Below, in pieces: positions 55,496 to 64,000 of a stretch of 64,000 nucleotides of DNA. Source of the DNA: a virus. Taxonomy: Duplodnaviria > Caudoviricetes. The position numbers and the translations under genes were made by a program. Below the pieces are notes generated by a model. It saw only the letters and a program-made list of their open reading frames with translations. It was not told the DNA's origin and ran no database searches. How positions within the stretch are numbered: position 1 is the first letter of the stretch; every line of letters starts with the position of its first letter. The stretch spans positions 9,288 through 73,287 of IMG/VR virus record IMGVR_UViG_3300027892_002613; one strand, given 5' to 3'.

Positions 55496-56394
55496 ATAAA
55501 GTAATATTATGGGGATGTTCAATTGGGTATGGATTGAACTCTGATAAAGATAAGATATTTGGACAAAGAATAGCTGATGATTTAGGAGTTCCCTTTATAA
55601 ACTTATCTATTAGTGGTGCAGGAAACATCGTAGGTGCAACTGTATTACTCAATAAACCAATTGATTTTTTTAAGAACGCATTAGTTCTATTTCAGACTAC
55701 ATACTTTGAAAGACAAATTGATAAAGACCTCCTACAGAATCCATTTTATGATAATCGATTTTATAAGGAAGTGTTTACCAATACATTTTCAATAGACGAT
55801 TTTGAAAAGAAATATAAAGAAAAGGCTGAGATATTAAGAATTGATGATTGGGTTGGATATTGGACAGATTATAAACCTTTTTACGAAAGAACTTATTGGT
55901 CTTATAAAAAAGATTTTGACCATACCAAATGGGTTGCTTATATGAAGGAGTTGTATAAACAAAACACATATCCTTTATACTTAGTTCACAAATGGTTTAA
56001 AGTAAACAATGTAGAACATCTATTTTTTGATATACCTGTACCGGTTATGGGGTATAAGTTAGAATATAGAAATTATGAATTTTCAGATTTTAATTTCTTT
56101 GGAAAAACAATGATTAAATTTCTAACAGAGAATAGTGACGAAAGAAATGCGTTCTATGAATCATTTAGACAAGAAAACTTTTTCTTTGTTGATGAAATAG
56201 ATGAGGCTAACAAAATAACTGATATACTCATAGAACCGATTTATAGTGGTAGTGATACAACTGTTTGGAAAGAGTTTCTTTTACCGGATAGACCAATGGG
56301 AACACCTGATAACTCACATCCAAATGAAAATGGACATCGAAAGATATATGATGTATTAAAAGAGAATTTGAAAAGAAAATTAAATATAAATTAA
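55474..56394 (+). CDS. SGNH/GDSL hydrolase-like protein
   Basis: WGCSIGYG (block I), NLSISGAGN (block II), DNSHPNENGH (block V). Confidence 0.65.
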   Translation: MGMEKIIDKVILWGCSIGYGLNSDKDKIFGQRIADDLGVPFINLSISGAGNIVGATVLLNKPIDFFKNALVLFQTTYFERQIDKDLLQNPFYDNRFYKEVFTNTFSIDDFEKKYKEKAEILRIDDWVGYWTDYKPFYERTYWSYKKDFDHTKWVAYMKELYKQNTYPLYLVHKWFKVNNVEHLFFDIPVPVMGYKLEYRNYEFSDFNFFGKTMIKFLTENSDERNAFYESFRQENFFFVDEIDEANKITDILIEPIYSGSDTTVWKEFLLPDRPMGTPDNSHPNENGHRKIYDVLKENLKRKLNIN

Positions 56395-56405
56395 AACAAA
56401 ACAAA

Positions 56406-56723
56406 ATGGCACAAATTTTAGGAAACCAACCAGGAGTTCCACAACAACCTAGAGTGGATTTATCGCAAGCACAAGACATGAATTGTCCTCATTGTAATTA
56501 TCCTTACTTTATTCAGGCAGTAATGGTAAAGAAGATTTCAAGATTCGCAGCAAATACTGCTAAAGATGCTGTATTACCTGTGGATGTATTATTATGTGGT
56601 AATTGTGGAAAACCATTGGATGAGTTATTACCTGCTGAATTAAGAAGACAATCAACCCCACAAACAGAAACACCTACTACACCTGAAGAGCCTGTAGTTA
56701 CTAAAAGTTCATTAGAAATTTAA
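56406..56723 (+). CDS. Zinc-ribbon hypothetical protein
   Basis: CPHC...CGNCG pairs. Confidence 0.6.
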   Translation: MAQILGNQPGVPQQPRVDLSQAQDMNCPHCNYPYFIQAVMVKKISRFAANTAKDAVLPVDVLLCGNCGKPLDELLPAELRRQSTPQTETPTTPEEPVVTKSSLEI

Positions 56724-56724
56724 T

Positions 56725-57297
56725 ATGGAAGTATTATTCATATGTGCATTACCGGATGAATCAGATAGGGAAACTACTCTATTTGGTTCACCGATAATTC
56801 ATACGGGTGTTGGTAAGATAAATGCAGGGTATAAAACTGCTTTGGCTATCCAACAATATAAACCTAAATTTATTTGTAACTTTGGAAGCTGTGGTTCATT
56901 CCAATTAGAAAAAGGAACATTAGTAACCGTAAAGGAAGTATTCAATGGTGATATGGATGCAGAGCCATTTGTAAGATACTCAGTTACTCCATTTGAAGAA
57001 GATGGGGGTTCGTTTCCTGTAATGGATATGGGAGTTAAATGCTTCACAACTGAAACATTCATAACAAAGGATAAAATTAAATCTTTCCCTCCTCAAAAGT
57101 TGGAATTATTAAATAATTGTAGTATCTTTGAGATGGAATTATACTCAATCACTAGAGTTTGTAGAGAGTTCAAAATACCCATCACTTCTTACAAATGGGT
57201 AAGTGATGATGGAGGAACTGAAGACTGGATGGAAAATTGTAGAATTGGGTATGAACAATTTAAACAAAAATTTTATAACACTTATATCAAAGGCTAA
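56725..57297 (+). CDS. MTA/SAH nucleosidase family (PNP_UDP_1)
   Basis: TGVGKINA, NFGSCG, FEMELYSI, KWVSDD. Confidence 0.8.
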   Translation: MEVLFICALPDESDRETTLFGSPIIHTGVGKINAGYKTALAIQQYKPKFICNFGSCGSFQLEKGTLVTVKEVFNGDMDAEPFVRYSVTPFEEDGGSFPVMDMGVKCFTTETFITKDKIKSFPPQKLELLNNCSIFEMELYSITRVCREFKIPITSYKWVSDDGGTEDWMENCRIGYEQFKQKFYNTYIKG

Positions 57298-57761
57298 TGG
57301 CTAAAACATTATTTGACCATTTAAACGCAATATCAAAAGACCAAAAACCTAATTACTTCAAAGATTTATCGGAAGAAGATAAAAAGACTTGGAGTAATTA
57401 TATGATTCATAGATTTCTTTCGATGAATTATGATTTTGTAGATTTGATTGCACAGGTTCAACCATTAACACAAACAATGGAGCCTGAAATATTCTATAAA
57501 TTACTTATTGGGATGATACCATCCGGTAGATATTATTTTAGATACATCAAAGGCAAATCTGAGGAAACATCCGATGAATCAATTGTTCAATTGTTACAAC
57601 AAGAATACTCTTGTTCAAAATCAACTGCTATAGATTATTACCATATACTGACCTGTATTAAAGAGGGTGAAGAGTATAAGAAGTACTTGAAAGAAAAGTA
57701 TGGATACAAAGGGAAAGAGAAAGTTCCAAAAACAGAAAAAGTAAAAAAAGGTAAAAAATAA
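57297..57761 (+). CDS. Clamp loader small subunit (gp62-like)
   Basis: LFDHLNAI...WSNYMIHRFLSM...FYKLL...YFRYIKGK pattern resembles gp62. Confidence 0.55.
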   Translation: MAKTLFDHLNAISKDQKPNYFKDLSEEDKKTWSNYMIHRFLSMNYDFVDLIAQVQPLTQTMEPEIFYKLLIGMIPSGRYYFRYIKGKSEETSDESIVQLLQQEYSCSKSTAIDYYHILTCIKEGEEYKKYLKEKYGYKGKEKVPKTEKVKKGKK

Positions 57762-57764
57762 TTT

Positions 57765-58628
57765 ATGGGAAGAGTTTCGTTTTCGCAATATTCAATGTGG
57801 TCAACCTGTCCGCAGCAATACAAATTAAATTATATAGATAAGTTATCAGTATCAAATGCAAATATACATTTGATATTTGGTACTGCTATGCACGAAACCC
57901 TACAACACTTTTTAGATATAATGTATAATACCACTAAAACTGCTGCGATGGCTTTAGATTTAGATGGACTGTTGGGGAAAAGATTAGTTGAAAATTTTAA
58001 CAAAGAAAAAGAGAAGTTAGAAGAAGGAGAGTTTCCTTGCACGAAAGAAGAGTTGGAAGAATTCTACGGAGATGGTAGAAAGATAATTCATTACTTCAAA
58101 ACTAAATTAGGAAGTTTCTTTAATAAGAAAGGATTTGAATTAGTTGCTATTGAATTACCACTTAATATGCAAATTAAAGAGAATGTAAACTTCATAGGAT
58201 TTGTAGATGTTATCGTTAGAGATACATGGGATAAATCAGTTACAATTATAGATTTCAAAACATCAACCGCAGGGTGGAGTAAATATCAGAAATCAGACCC
58301 AATTAAAAACGCGCAGATTCTTATCTACAAAAAATTCTATGCTGAAAAATATAACATAAGTGAAGATAAGGTTAAGGTAGAGTTTCATATACTAAAAAGA
58401 AAGGTTAAGGAAGATGCCGATTACCCGATTCCTCGTATCTCAAAGCATGTGCCAGCAAGTGGTAAACCATCTGTAAATAAAGCATGGAATGGATTTATGG
58501 AGTTCGTTAATACGGTGTTTGATGATGCCGGAAACTATAGAGATATAGACTATCCAACTAAAAAAGGAACATCTTGTAATTGGTGTGAGTTCAAAGAAAG
58601 AAAACTCTGTCCACTTTATACAGATTAA
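57765..58628 (+). CDS. PD-(D/E)XK Cas4/RecB-like exonuclease
   Basis: SFSQ...CPQQY, FGTAMHE, GFVDV...IIDFKTS, QILIY, C-terminal CNWCEF....C. Confidence 0.8.
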   Translation: MGRVSFSQYSMWSTCPQQYKLNYIDKLSVSNANIHLIFGTAMHETLQHFLDIMYNTTKTAAMALDLDGLLGKRLVENFNKEKEKLEEGEFPCTKEELEEFYGDGRKIIHYFKTKLGSFFNKKGFELVAIELPLNMQIKENVNFIGFVDVIVRDTWDKSVTIIDFKTSTAGWSKYQKSDPIKNAQILIYKKFYAEKYNISEDKVKVEFHILKRKVKEDADYPIPRISKHVPASGKPSVNKAWNGFMEFVNTVFDDAGNYRDIDYPTKKGTSCNWCEFKERKLCPLYTD

Positions 58629-58700
58629 AAAAATATTCAAAAAACTTATCGTTTTACCAAAAATACATATATATATCTATATATACAAATACAAAACGAT

Positions 58701-58892
58701 ATGGATGTAAAATTAACAAGTGTGAAAATCCTTAGAGATTTGTATTCTTCATTTAAGAGAACTACATTAGATGATAAGATGAGTTTACAAAAATTAGTTA
58801 ACCGCTCACTTACACTTTATGTAGAAGACCCAATCTTTAAACAGAAGATTGACTCATTCGGAGAATTACAAATATCAGGTTCACAATTTTAA
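58701..58892 (+). CDS. Small hypothetical protein (possible ribbon-helix-helix)
   Basis: LTSVKI strand followed by two helices (LYSSFKR; SLQKLVNRSLTLY). Confidence 0.5.
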   Translation: MDVKLTSVKILRDLYSSFKRTTLDDKMSLQKLVNRSLTLYVEDPIFKQKIDSFGELQISGSQF

Positions 58893-58913
58893 AAAAGAGA
58901 TTATTAATAAGTT

Positions 58914-60317
58914 ATGGCGAACAAAAGAAAGACAATCTTACTTTTATCAGATGATTTAAGAATGCATAGTGGAATAGCTACTATGTCAAAAGAAATAGTT
59001 GTAGGTAGCTTACACAAATACGATTGGATTCAATTAGGTGCAGCAATTAATCATCCTGAGCAAGGAAAAATAGTTGATGTATCAGAAGATGCAAGACGAG
59101 TTGCAGGTCTAACAGAGGGTAATGTAACAATTTATCCTTTTAGTGGTTATGGGGATTACAATATTGTTAAACAATTAATAGATAAACATAATCCAGATGC
59201 TATCTTACACTTTACAGACCCTAGATATTGGATTTGGTTGTATGATATCGAGCATGAAATCAGACAAACTACACCTATATTTTTCTATCACATTTGGGAT
59301 GATTTACCAGACCCACATTTTAACAGAGATTACTACGAAAGTTGCGATTGGATTGGGTGTATTTCTAAGCAAACTTATGGTATTACCAAAAGAGTTGGGC
59401 AATTAGAAAATGGGAAAACCTGGGTTCCTAGAGAAGATTGGCAAGTATCATATGTACCACATGGTGTATCTAATTTATACAAACCATTGGAAGAATCTGA
59501 AATTGATAAAGCTTTCACTAAACAATTATTTGAAGGAAAGGAATATGATTTTGTATTCCATTGGTCAAACAGAAATATTCGTAGAAAGCAGCCATCTGAT
59601 GTAATTTGGGCTTACGATGAGTTCTGTAAAACATTAACACCCGAGCAAAAAGATAAAGTGTTATTATTAATGCACACTCAGCCTGTAGATGAAAATGGTA
59701 CTGATTTACCAGCGGTTATTCAGAGAATATCTCCTACTACTAATATAAAGTTTTCAACAGGAAAATTAAATACAGAACAACTTAATCAAGTTTTAAATGT
59801 ATCAGATGTATCAATTAATATATGTGGTAACGAAGGATTTGGGTTAGGAACTGCGGAAGCTGTGATGGCGGGTACACCGATTATTGTTTTAACAACAGGT
59901 GGATTACAAGACCAATGTGGATTCCGTTGGAAAGATAGTGGGGAATTAGTAACTGCGGAAGATTATGTAAAAATCGGTTCACTTCATAATTGGAGAGATT
60001 CGCAGGATAAAGTAACATATGGTGAGTGGGTTAAACCAGTATGGGCAAAGGCACAAACAATGACAGGTTCAGTTCCTACACCATACATTATCGATGATAA
60101 GATTGATATTCAAGATTTAGCAGATGCTATGAGATATTGGTACGATATTCCAAAAGAGGAAAGAAAGAAAAGAGGATTAATCGGAAATGAATTCTTCAAA
60201 GGGCCAAACGGATACCACGCGAAAAGAATGTGTGATACAATGATAGAAGGAATGGAAGGGGCATTTGAAAATTGGAAACCTAGAAAACGATTTGATTTAT
60301 TTAAAATAAAAGAATAA
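58914..60317 (+). CDS. Glycosyltransferase family 4-like
   Basis: LLLSDD....SG, YVPHGV, NRNIRRKQ, NEGFGLGTAEAVMAGTPII. Confidence 0.85.
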   Translation: MANKRKTILLLSDDLRMHSGIATMSKEIVVGSLHKYDWIQLGAAINHPEQGKIVDVSEDARRVAGLTEGNVTIYPFSGYGDYNIVKQLIDKHNPDAILHFTDPRYWIWLYDIEHEIRQTTPIFFYHIWDDLPDPHFNRDYYESCDWIGCISKQTYGITKRVGQLENGKTWVPREDWQVSYVPHGVSNLYKPLEESEIDKAFTKQLFEGKEYDFVFHWSNRNIRRKQPSDVIWAYDEFCKTLTPEQKDKVLLLMHTQPVDENGTDLPAVIQRISPTTNIKFSTGKLNTEQLNQVLNVSDVSINICGNEGFGLGTAEAVMAGTPIIVLTTGGLQDQCGFRWKDSGELVTAEDYVKIGSLHNWRDSQDKVTYGEWVKPVWAKAQTMTGSVPTPYIIDDKIDIQDLADAMRYWYDIPKEERKKRGLIGNEFFKGPNGYHAKRMCDTMIEGMEGAFENWKPRKRFDLFKIKE

Positions 60318-60318
60318 T

Positions 60319-60588
60319 ATGGTAAAGCAATTAGAATTATTTCCAAAAGATGAATTTGATATATTTGAAACCTGTATTCAATGTGGAGTAGAAACTACTA
60401 CATTAAAAACCACCCATATCGATTTTAGAACCGGATATGTAGAAGGAGCTGGACAATTATGTAGAGAATGTTATATGGGTAGCAGTAGAAACCTAATAAC
60501 AATAGATGAGAGAACAATTTTAGATACACCAAATAATGAAGAATTAGGTGCAAAAGTAAGAAGAAGATATTATGAAAGTAAAGATTAA
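60319..60588 (+). CDS. Hypothetical protein with CxxC pairs
   Basis: CIQCG...YVEGAGQLCRECY. Confidence 0.55.
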   Translation: MVKQLELFPKDEFDIFETCIQCGVETTTLKTTHIDFRTGYVEGAGQLCRECYMGSSRNLITIDERTILDTPNNEELGAKVRRRYYESKD

Positions 60589-61006
60589 AAAAGTACATTC
60601 AGATGCAGTAATTCCATTTTATGCAAAAAGTGGAGATGCAGGATTAGATTTAGTTGCAACAACAATTATAGGTGAAACATTAGGTTCTATAACATATGGA
60701 TTGGGTATTGCATTAGAAATACCCGAAGGATTTGTAGGATTAGTATTCCCTCGCTCATCTATCAGAAAAACAAACTTACAATTGAGTAATTCAGTTGGAG
60801 TAATTGATAGTGGATATAGAGGAGAATTACAAGCTACATTTAATAAGATACAGGGGATAGATAATGTAGAAAGAGAAAATTATAAAGTAGGCGATAGAGT
60901 TTGTCAAATTATGATTATCCCACATCCAACAATTGAACTTAACGAAGTAAACGAATTATCTAATACCGAAAGAGGCGAAGGCGGATTCGGTTCAACCGGA
61001 AAATAA
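60572..61006 (+). CDS. dut: dUTPase (trimeric)
   Basis: AGLDL, PRSS, NSVGVIDSGYRGE, GDRVCQ, RGEGGFGSTG. Confidence 0.95.
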   Translation: MKVKIKKVHSDAVIPFYAKSGDAGLDLVATTIIGETLGSITYGLGIALEIPEGFVGLVFPRSSIRKTNLQLSNSVGVIDSGYRGELQATFNKIQGIDNVERENYKVGDRVCQIMIIPHPTIELNEVNELSNTERGEGGFGSTGK

Positions 61007-61010
61007 AGTT

Positions 61011-62246
61011 ATGACACAAAAACCATTATTAGTTTTTCAGGCTCCAGTATCTACGAGAAGTGGCTACGGAGACCATAGTAGAGACCTTTTAAAATCTTTT
61101 AAAGATTTAGATTTATATGATATTAAGGTAGTATCAACAAAGTGGGGAAATTGCCCAATGGACCAATTAAATTCAGATAATGAATTTCATAAATGGATTA
61201 ATACACACACCGTTTCATCGGTAGATAGAGAGGTTGATATATATGTACAAGTAACTGTTCCAAACGAATTTCAAAGGATGGGTAAATTTAATATTGGCAT
61301 AACTGCTGGTATAGAAACTAACTTAGTAGCAAAAGATTGGATAGATGGTTGTAATAAAATGGATTTAATTATTACAACTTCCGAACATTCTAAAAGAGGA
61401 ATTGCGAACACCATTTATCATGAAAAAGATAAACAAACCGAACAAATTTTAGCTGAACATAAGTTAACGAAACCAATTGAAGTTTTGTTTGAAGGATGTG
61501 ATTATCATAAAACCGGAGGATTAGAATTGTTAGACCAAATTGAAGAAGATTTTATTTTCTTATTTGTAGGGCATTGGTTACCAGGTGGATTGTATCACGA
61601 TAGAAAAGATAATGGAGGATTAATCCAAACTTTCTTATCTGCATTTTCAAGAAGTAAAGGCAAAAAACCAGCATTAGTTCTTAAAACATCATCAGCAGGA
61701 TTTTCGGTAAGAGATAGAGAAGAAATGAGAAAGAAAATCGAAGATGCTAGTTCTAAAGTAAATGGTTCAGCACCTATCTATTTATTACATGGTGATTTAA
61801 GTGAGGAAGATATGTGGAAGTTATACAATCATCCTAAAGTAAAGGCATCTGTATCATTTACACATGGAGAAGGATATGGAAGACCTCTTTTAGAATTCAG
61901 TATGACAGGTAAACCTGTAGTTGTTTCTAAATGGAGTGGGCACTTAGATTTCTTAGATGAAAAAGGTGCAGTTTTATTAGAAGGGCAATTGAAAAATGTT
62001 GATGAAAGTGCAGCAAATCAATTCTTACTAAAAGATACACAATGGTTTTATGTAAATTATAGTAATGCAGCGGTTAAGATGCTTGACATTTATAAGAACT
62101 ATGATAAGTATTCAGCTGAATCTAAGAAATTAGGTGAAACAAATAAGGTTAAATTTAGTATGAATTCTATGACAGATTCTTTAAGAAAAATAGCTAACAC
62201 TCATATTAAGGTTGTACAAAAAATTGATTTAATACTACCTGACTAA
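61011..62246 (+). CDS. Glycosyltransferase family 4-like
   Basis: SGYGDHSR, FLFVGHW, DRKD, HGEGYGRPLLEFSMTGKPVV. Confidence 0.85.
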   Translation: MTQKPLLVFQAPVSTRSGYGDHSRDLLKSFKDLDLYDIKVVSTKWGNCPMDQLNSDNEFHKWINTHTVSSVDREVDIYVQVTVPNEFQRMGKFNIGITAGIETNLVAKDWIDGCNKMDLIITTSEHSKRGIANTIYHEKDKQTEQILAEHKLTKPIEVLFEGCDYHKTGGLELLDQIEEDFIFLFVGHWLPGGLYHDRKDNGGLIQTFLSAFSRSKGKKPALVLKTSSAGFSVRDREEMRKKIEDASSKVNGSAPIYLLHGDLSEEDMWKLYNHPKVKASVSFTHGEGYGRPLLEFSMTGKPVVVSKWSGHLDFLDEKGAVLLEGQLKNVDESAANQFLLKDTQWFYVNYSNAAVKMLDIYKNYDKYSAESKKLGETNKVKFSMNSMTDSLRKIANTHIKVVQKIDLILPD

Positions 62247-62968
62247 TGGCATTAACGCAGAGAAACTATAATCGACAATGGGAAAACCTAATCGTAAAGG
62301 AATTAAACAGACCTAAAACGATGATGAGGCAGGGTAATTTCTACAGATTAGAGGTTTACAAATATGCGGATGAGAAAATTGGAACAAAGAGATTGGTTGG
62401 TATAGATACGTGTTTTGTTTTTATAGTAGGTAGATTTGTAAGAGATGGGCATAATTGGTTGGCATCTATAAAATTAAAGCAAGTTAATCCAGATGCGTTT
62501 TTCGAAGGTATTAAAAGAGCGTGTAGACCTTTAGCTAATAAAGATTTTGATGAATGGGAAAGTTGGAATTTTAAAGATTTTATGAAAAAATATCCAGCAG
62601 ATGGGAAACCTTTGTTTGAATATTTAAAAACTAAACCTAGAATATACAGAGATACTTATAGGGAGTATAAATTGGTATCTATAAAAGACTGTAACGAAGT
62701 TGTTTTTAACATAGAGTATCTTAAGACTTGGTTAGTTACTATTAAAGATGAAACAGACCCTACAGAGGATGAGAAACGTAGTCAGAGAGAAAAATTGAAA
62801 CAACAGAAAGAAGAAAAAGAAGCGGCTATAAAAGAACAAAAGAAAAAAGATGCGGAAAAAATTTACGCGGATAAGAAAATAGCAGAAAAAGAAGTTGAAT
62901 CAAAAGAAACAAAAACAGTCGAGGAAGCAGGTATAGAAACAAGTAAGAATATCTACGGAGAAGATTAA
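62246..62968 (+). CDS. Hypothetical protein with charged C-terminal tail
   Basis: Intact 240 aa ORF coupled to the upstream gene (TAATG). Confidence 0.55.
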   Translation: MALTQRNYNRQWENLIVKELNRPKTMMRQGNFYRLEVYKYADEKIGTKRLVGIDTCFVFIVGRFVRDGHNWLASIKLKQVNPDAFFEGIKRACRPLANKDFDEWESWNFKDFMKKYPADGKPLFEYLKTKPRIYRDTYREYKLVSIKDCNEVVFNIEYLKTWLVTIKDETDPTEDEKRSQREKLKQQKEEKEAAIKEQKKKDAEKIYADKKIAEKEVESKETKTVEEAGIETSKNIYGED

Positions 62969-62973
62969 GAAAT

Positions 62974-63597
62974 ATGAAAATAAGTTACGCGATAACAGTT
63001 TGTAATGAACTGAAAGAGATTACAGAATTAACTAACTTCCTTCAGAGTAGAATTGAAGACGAAGATGAGATTATAATTCAATATGATACAAATGGTGTTA
63101 CAAAAGAAGTATCAGACTTTTTAACTATCTTTGGTGAGATAAATAAACAAACTAAGATAGTATCATTTCCACTTAACAAAGATTTTGCAACATTTAAAAA
63201 CAATCTCAAAAAGAATTGTAGTGGAGATTACATTTTTCAAATTGATGCAGACGAAATACCAACTGAATACTTAATGCAAAATCTTAAAACAATTTTGGAA
63301 AGTAATAATGTTGATATAGTTTTTGTTCCTAGAGTAAATACCGTAAATGGATTAACTGAGGCACATATTCAGGGATGGGGATGGAGAGTTAATGAAAAAG
63401 GATGGGTAAACTTTCCTGATTATCAAACTAGAATCTATAAAAATACAACTGATGTAGAGTGGTTTGGTAAAGTGCATGAGAGAATTAGTGGTTATAATAC
63501 CTTTGCCAATTTCCCTGCGGAAGAGAGATTTTCATTGTATCACCACAAGCAAATAGAAAGACAAGAAAAGCAAAACAATTTTTACAATAATATATGA
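62974..63597 (+). CDS. Glycosyltransferase family 2
   Basis: ISYAITVCNE, GDYIFQIDADE (DxD), PDYQTRIY, VHE. Confidence 0.85.
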   Translation: MKISYAITVCNELKEITELTNFLQSRIEDEDEIIIQYDTNGVTKEVSDFLTIFGEINKQTKIVSFPLNKDFATFKNNLKKNCSGDYIFQIDADEIPTEYLMQNLKTILESNNVDIVFVPRVNTVNGLTEAHIQGWGWRVNEKGWVNFPDYQTRIYKNTTDVEWFGKVHERISGYNTFANFPAEERFSLYHHKQIERQEKQNNFYNNI

Positions 63598-64000
63598 AAA
63601 AGAAAAGAGCACTAATCACCGGTATTAACGGAATGGATGGGTCACATTTAGCGGATTTCCTTTTAGAAAGAGGAGATTACGAAGTATTTGGAATTGAAAG
63701 AAGAAAGGCGAATTACTATTCACCTAATATAGCACACTTAGATGGGAAGATTTCTTTGTTAAAAGGAGATTTATCTGACCAAAACTCACTATTGAGAGCT
63801 ATCAAAGATTGTGAACCACATGAGGTTTATAACTTAGGAGCACAATCATTTGTGGGAGAGAGTTGGACAATGCCTGAGCAAACATCTGATATCACAGGTT
63901 TAGGTGCATTAAGAGTATTAGAAGCAATAAGAGAGTATGGTAATAAGAACACTAAGTTCTATCAGGCATCTTCTTCGGAAATGTTTGGTAAGCAAGGTGG
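63594..64000 (+). CDS. gmd: GDP-mannose 4,6-dehydratase, 3'-truncated by the window and absent from the ORF track
   Basis: MKKKRALITGINGMDGSHLADFLL...GDLSD...EVYNLGAQSFV..SW..PE.T....GLGALRVLEAIR...KFYQASSSEMFG. Confidence 0.9.
   Translation, partial: MKKKRALITGINGMDGSHLADFLLERGDYEVFGIERRKANYYSPNIAHLDGKISLLKGDLSDQNSLLRAIKDCEPHEVYNLGAQSFVGESWTMPEQTSDITGLGALRVLEAIREYGNKNTKFYQASSSEMFGKQG

Noticed and set aside
62246-62968. Possible T4 gp2-like DNA end-protector
   Set aside because: The resemblance is vague and the characteristic motifs are not recognisable, so it is left as hypothetical.
1-64000. Numerous 60-160 aa minus-strand ORFs and short alternative-frame plus-strand ORFs in the ORF track
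   Set aside because: Nearly all lie within or across longer + strand genes with recognisable products and show no motifs of their own. They are best explained as shadow ORFs.
1-64000. DGR reverse transcriptase, Avd or template repeat for the VR at 3683-3817
   Set aside because: No ORF with RT motifs and no AAC-rich second copy of the VR were found by eye. The match TATTGGAGTT near 34667 does not extend. A complete DGR cannot be claimed in this window.
1-64000. Stop-codon reassignment, as seen in some Bacteroidota phages
   Set aside because: Conserved genes are full-length under the standard code with high coding density, so no recoding is needed.
1-64000. tRNA or rRNA genes
   Set aside because: Intergenic gaps are short and AT-rich, and no cloverleaf or T-loop GTTCRA context was recognised.

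Overview
This 64 kb window is an AT-rich, densely coding segment of a large T4-like contractile-tailed phage, with every credible gene on the + strand. Repeated TTTG-N19/20-TAnnTTTG promoters and the general lack of Shine-Dalgarno sites point to a Bacteroidota host. Positions 1-31.4 kb are virion genes: neck, tail terminator, several Ser/Thr/Gly-rich fibre proteins (one of 2879 aa with an S74 chaperone), sheath, tube, tail-assembly chaperone, tape measure and baseplate. Positions 31.4-58.9 kb cover replication and nucleotide metabolism: a PhyH dioxygenase, a short PolA, a ParB-domain giant protein, SSB, RecA, 5' exonuclease, helicase, NrdAB, thioredoxin, PolB, clamp and clamp loader, an AsnB-GNAT-amino-methyltransferase cluster, an MTA/SAH nucleosidase and a Cas4-like nuclease. 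The window ends with glycosyltransferases, dUTPase and a partial gmd. The most notable observations are: (1) a GC-shifted, DGR-like variable region in an internal DUF1566/CLec domain of a fibre gene, with no RT or template repeat seen in the window; (2) a start-less ORF reachable by a +1 shift on a T7 run after the tail chaperone; (3) three phycobiliprotein-like C-x-R-D...GG repeats inserted in the giant fibre; (4) a Hint domain predicted to cleave rather than splice in a structural-module protein; (5) a candidate DNA hypermodification operon; and (6) a divergent PolA alongside PolB. All calls come from motif recognition by eye. No database searches were run.
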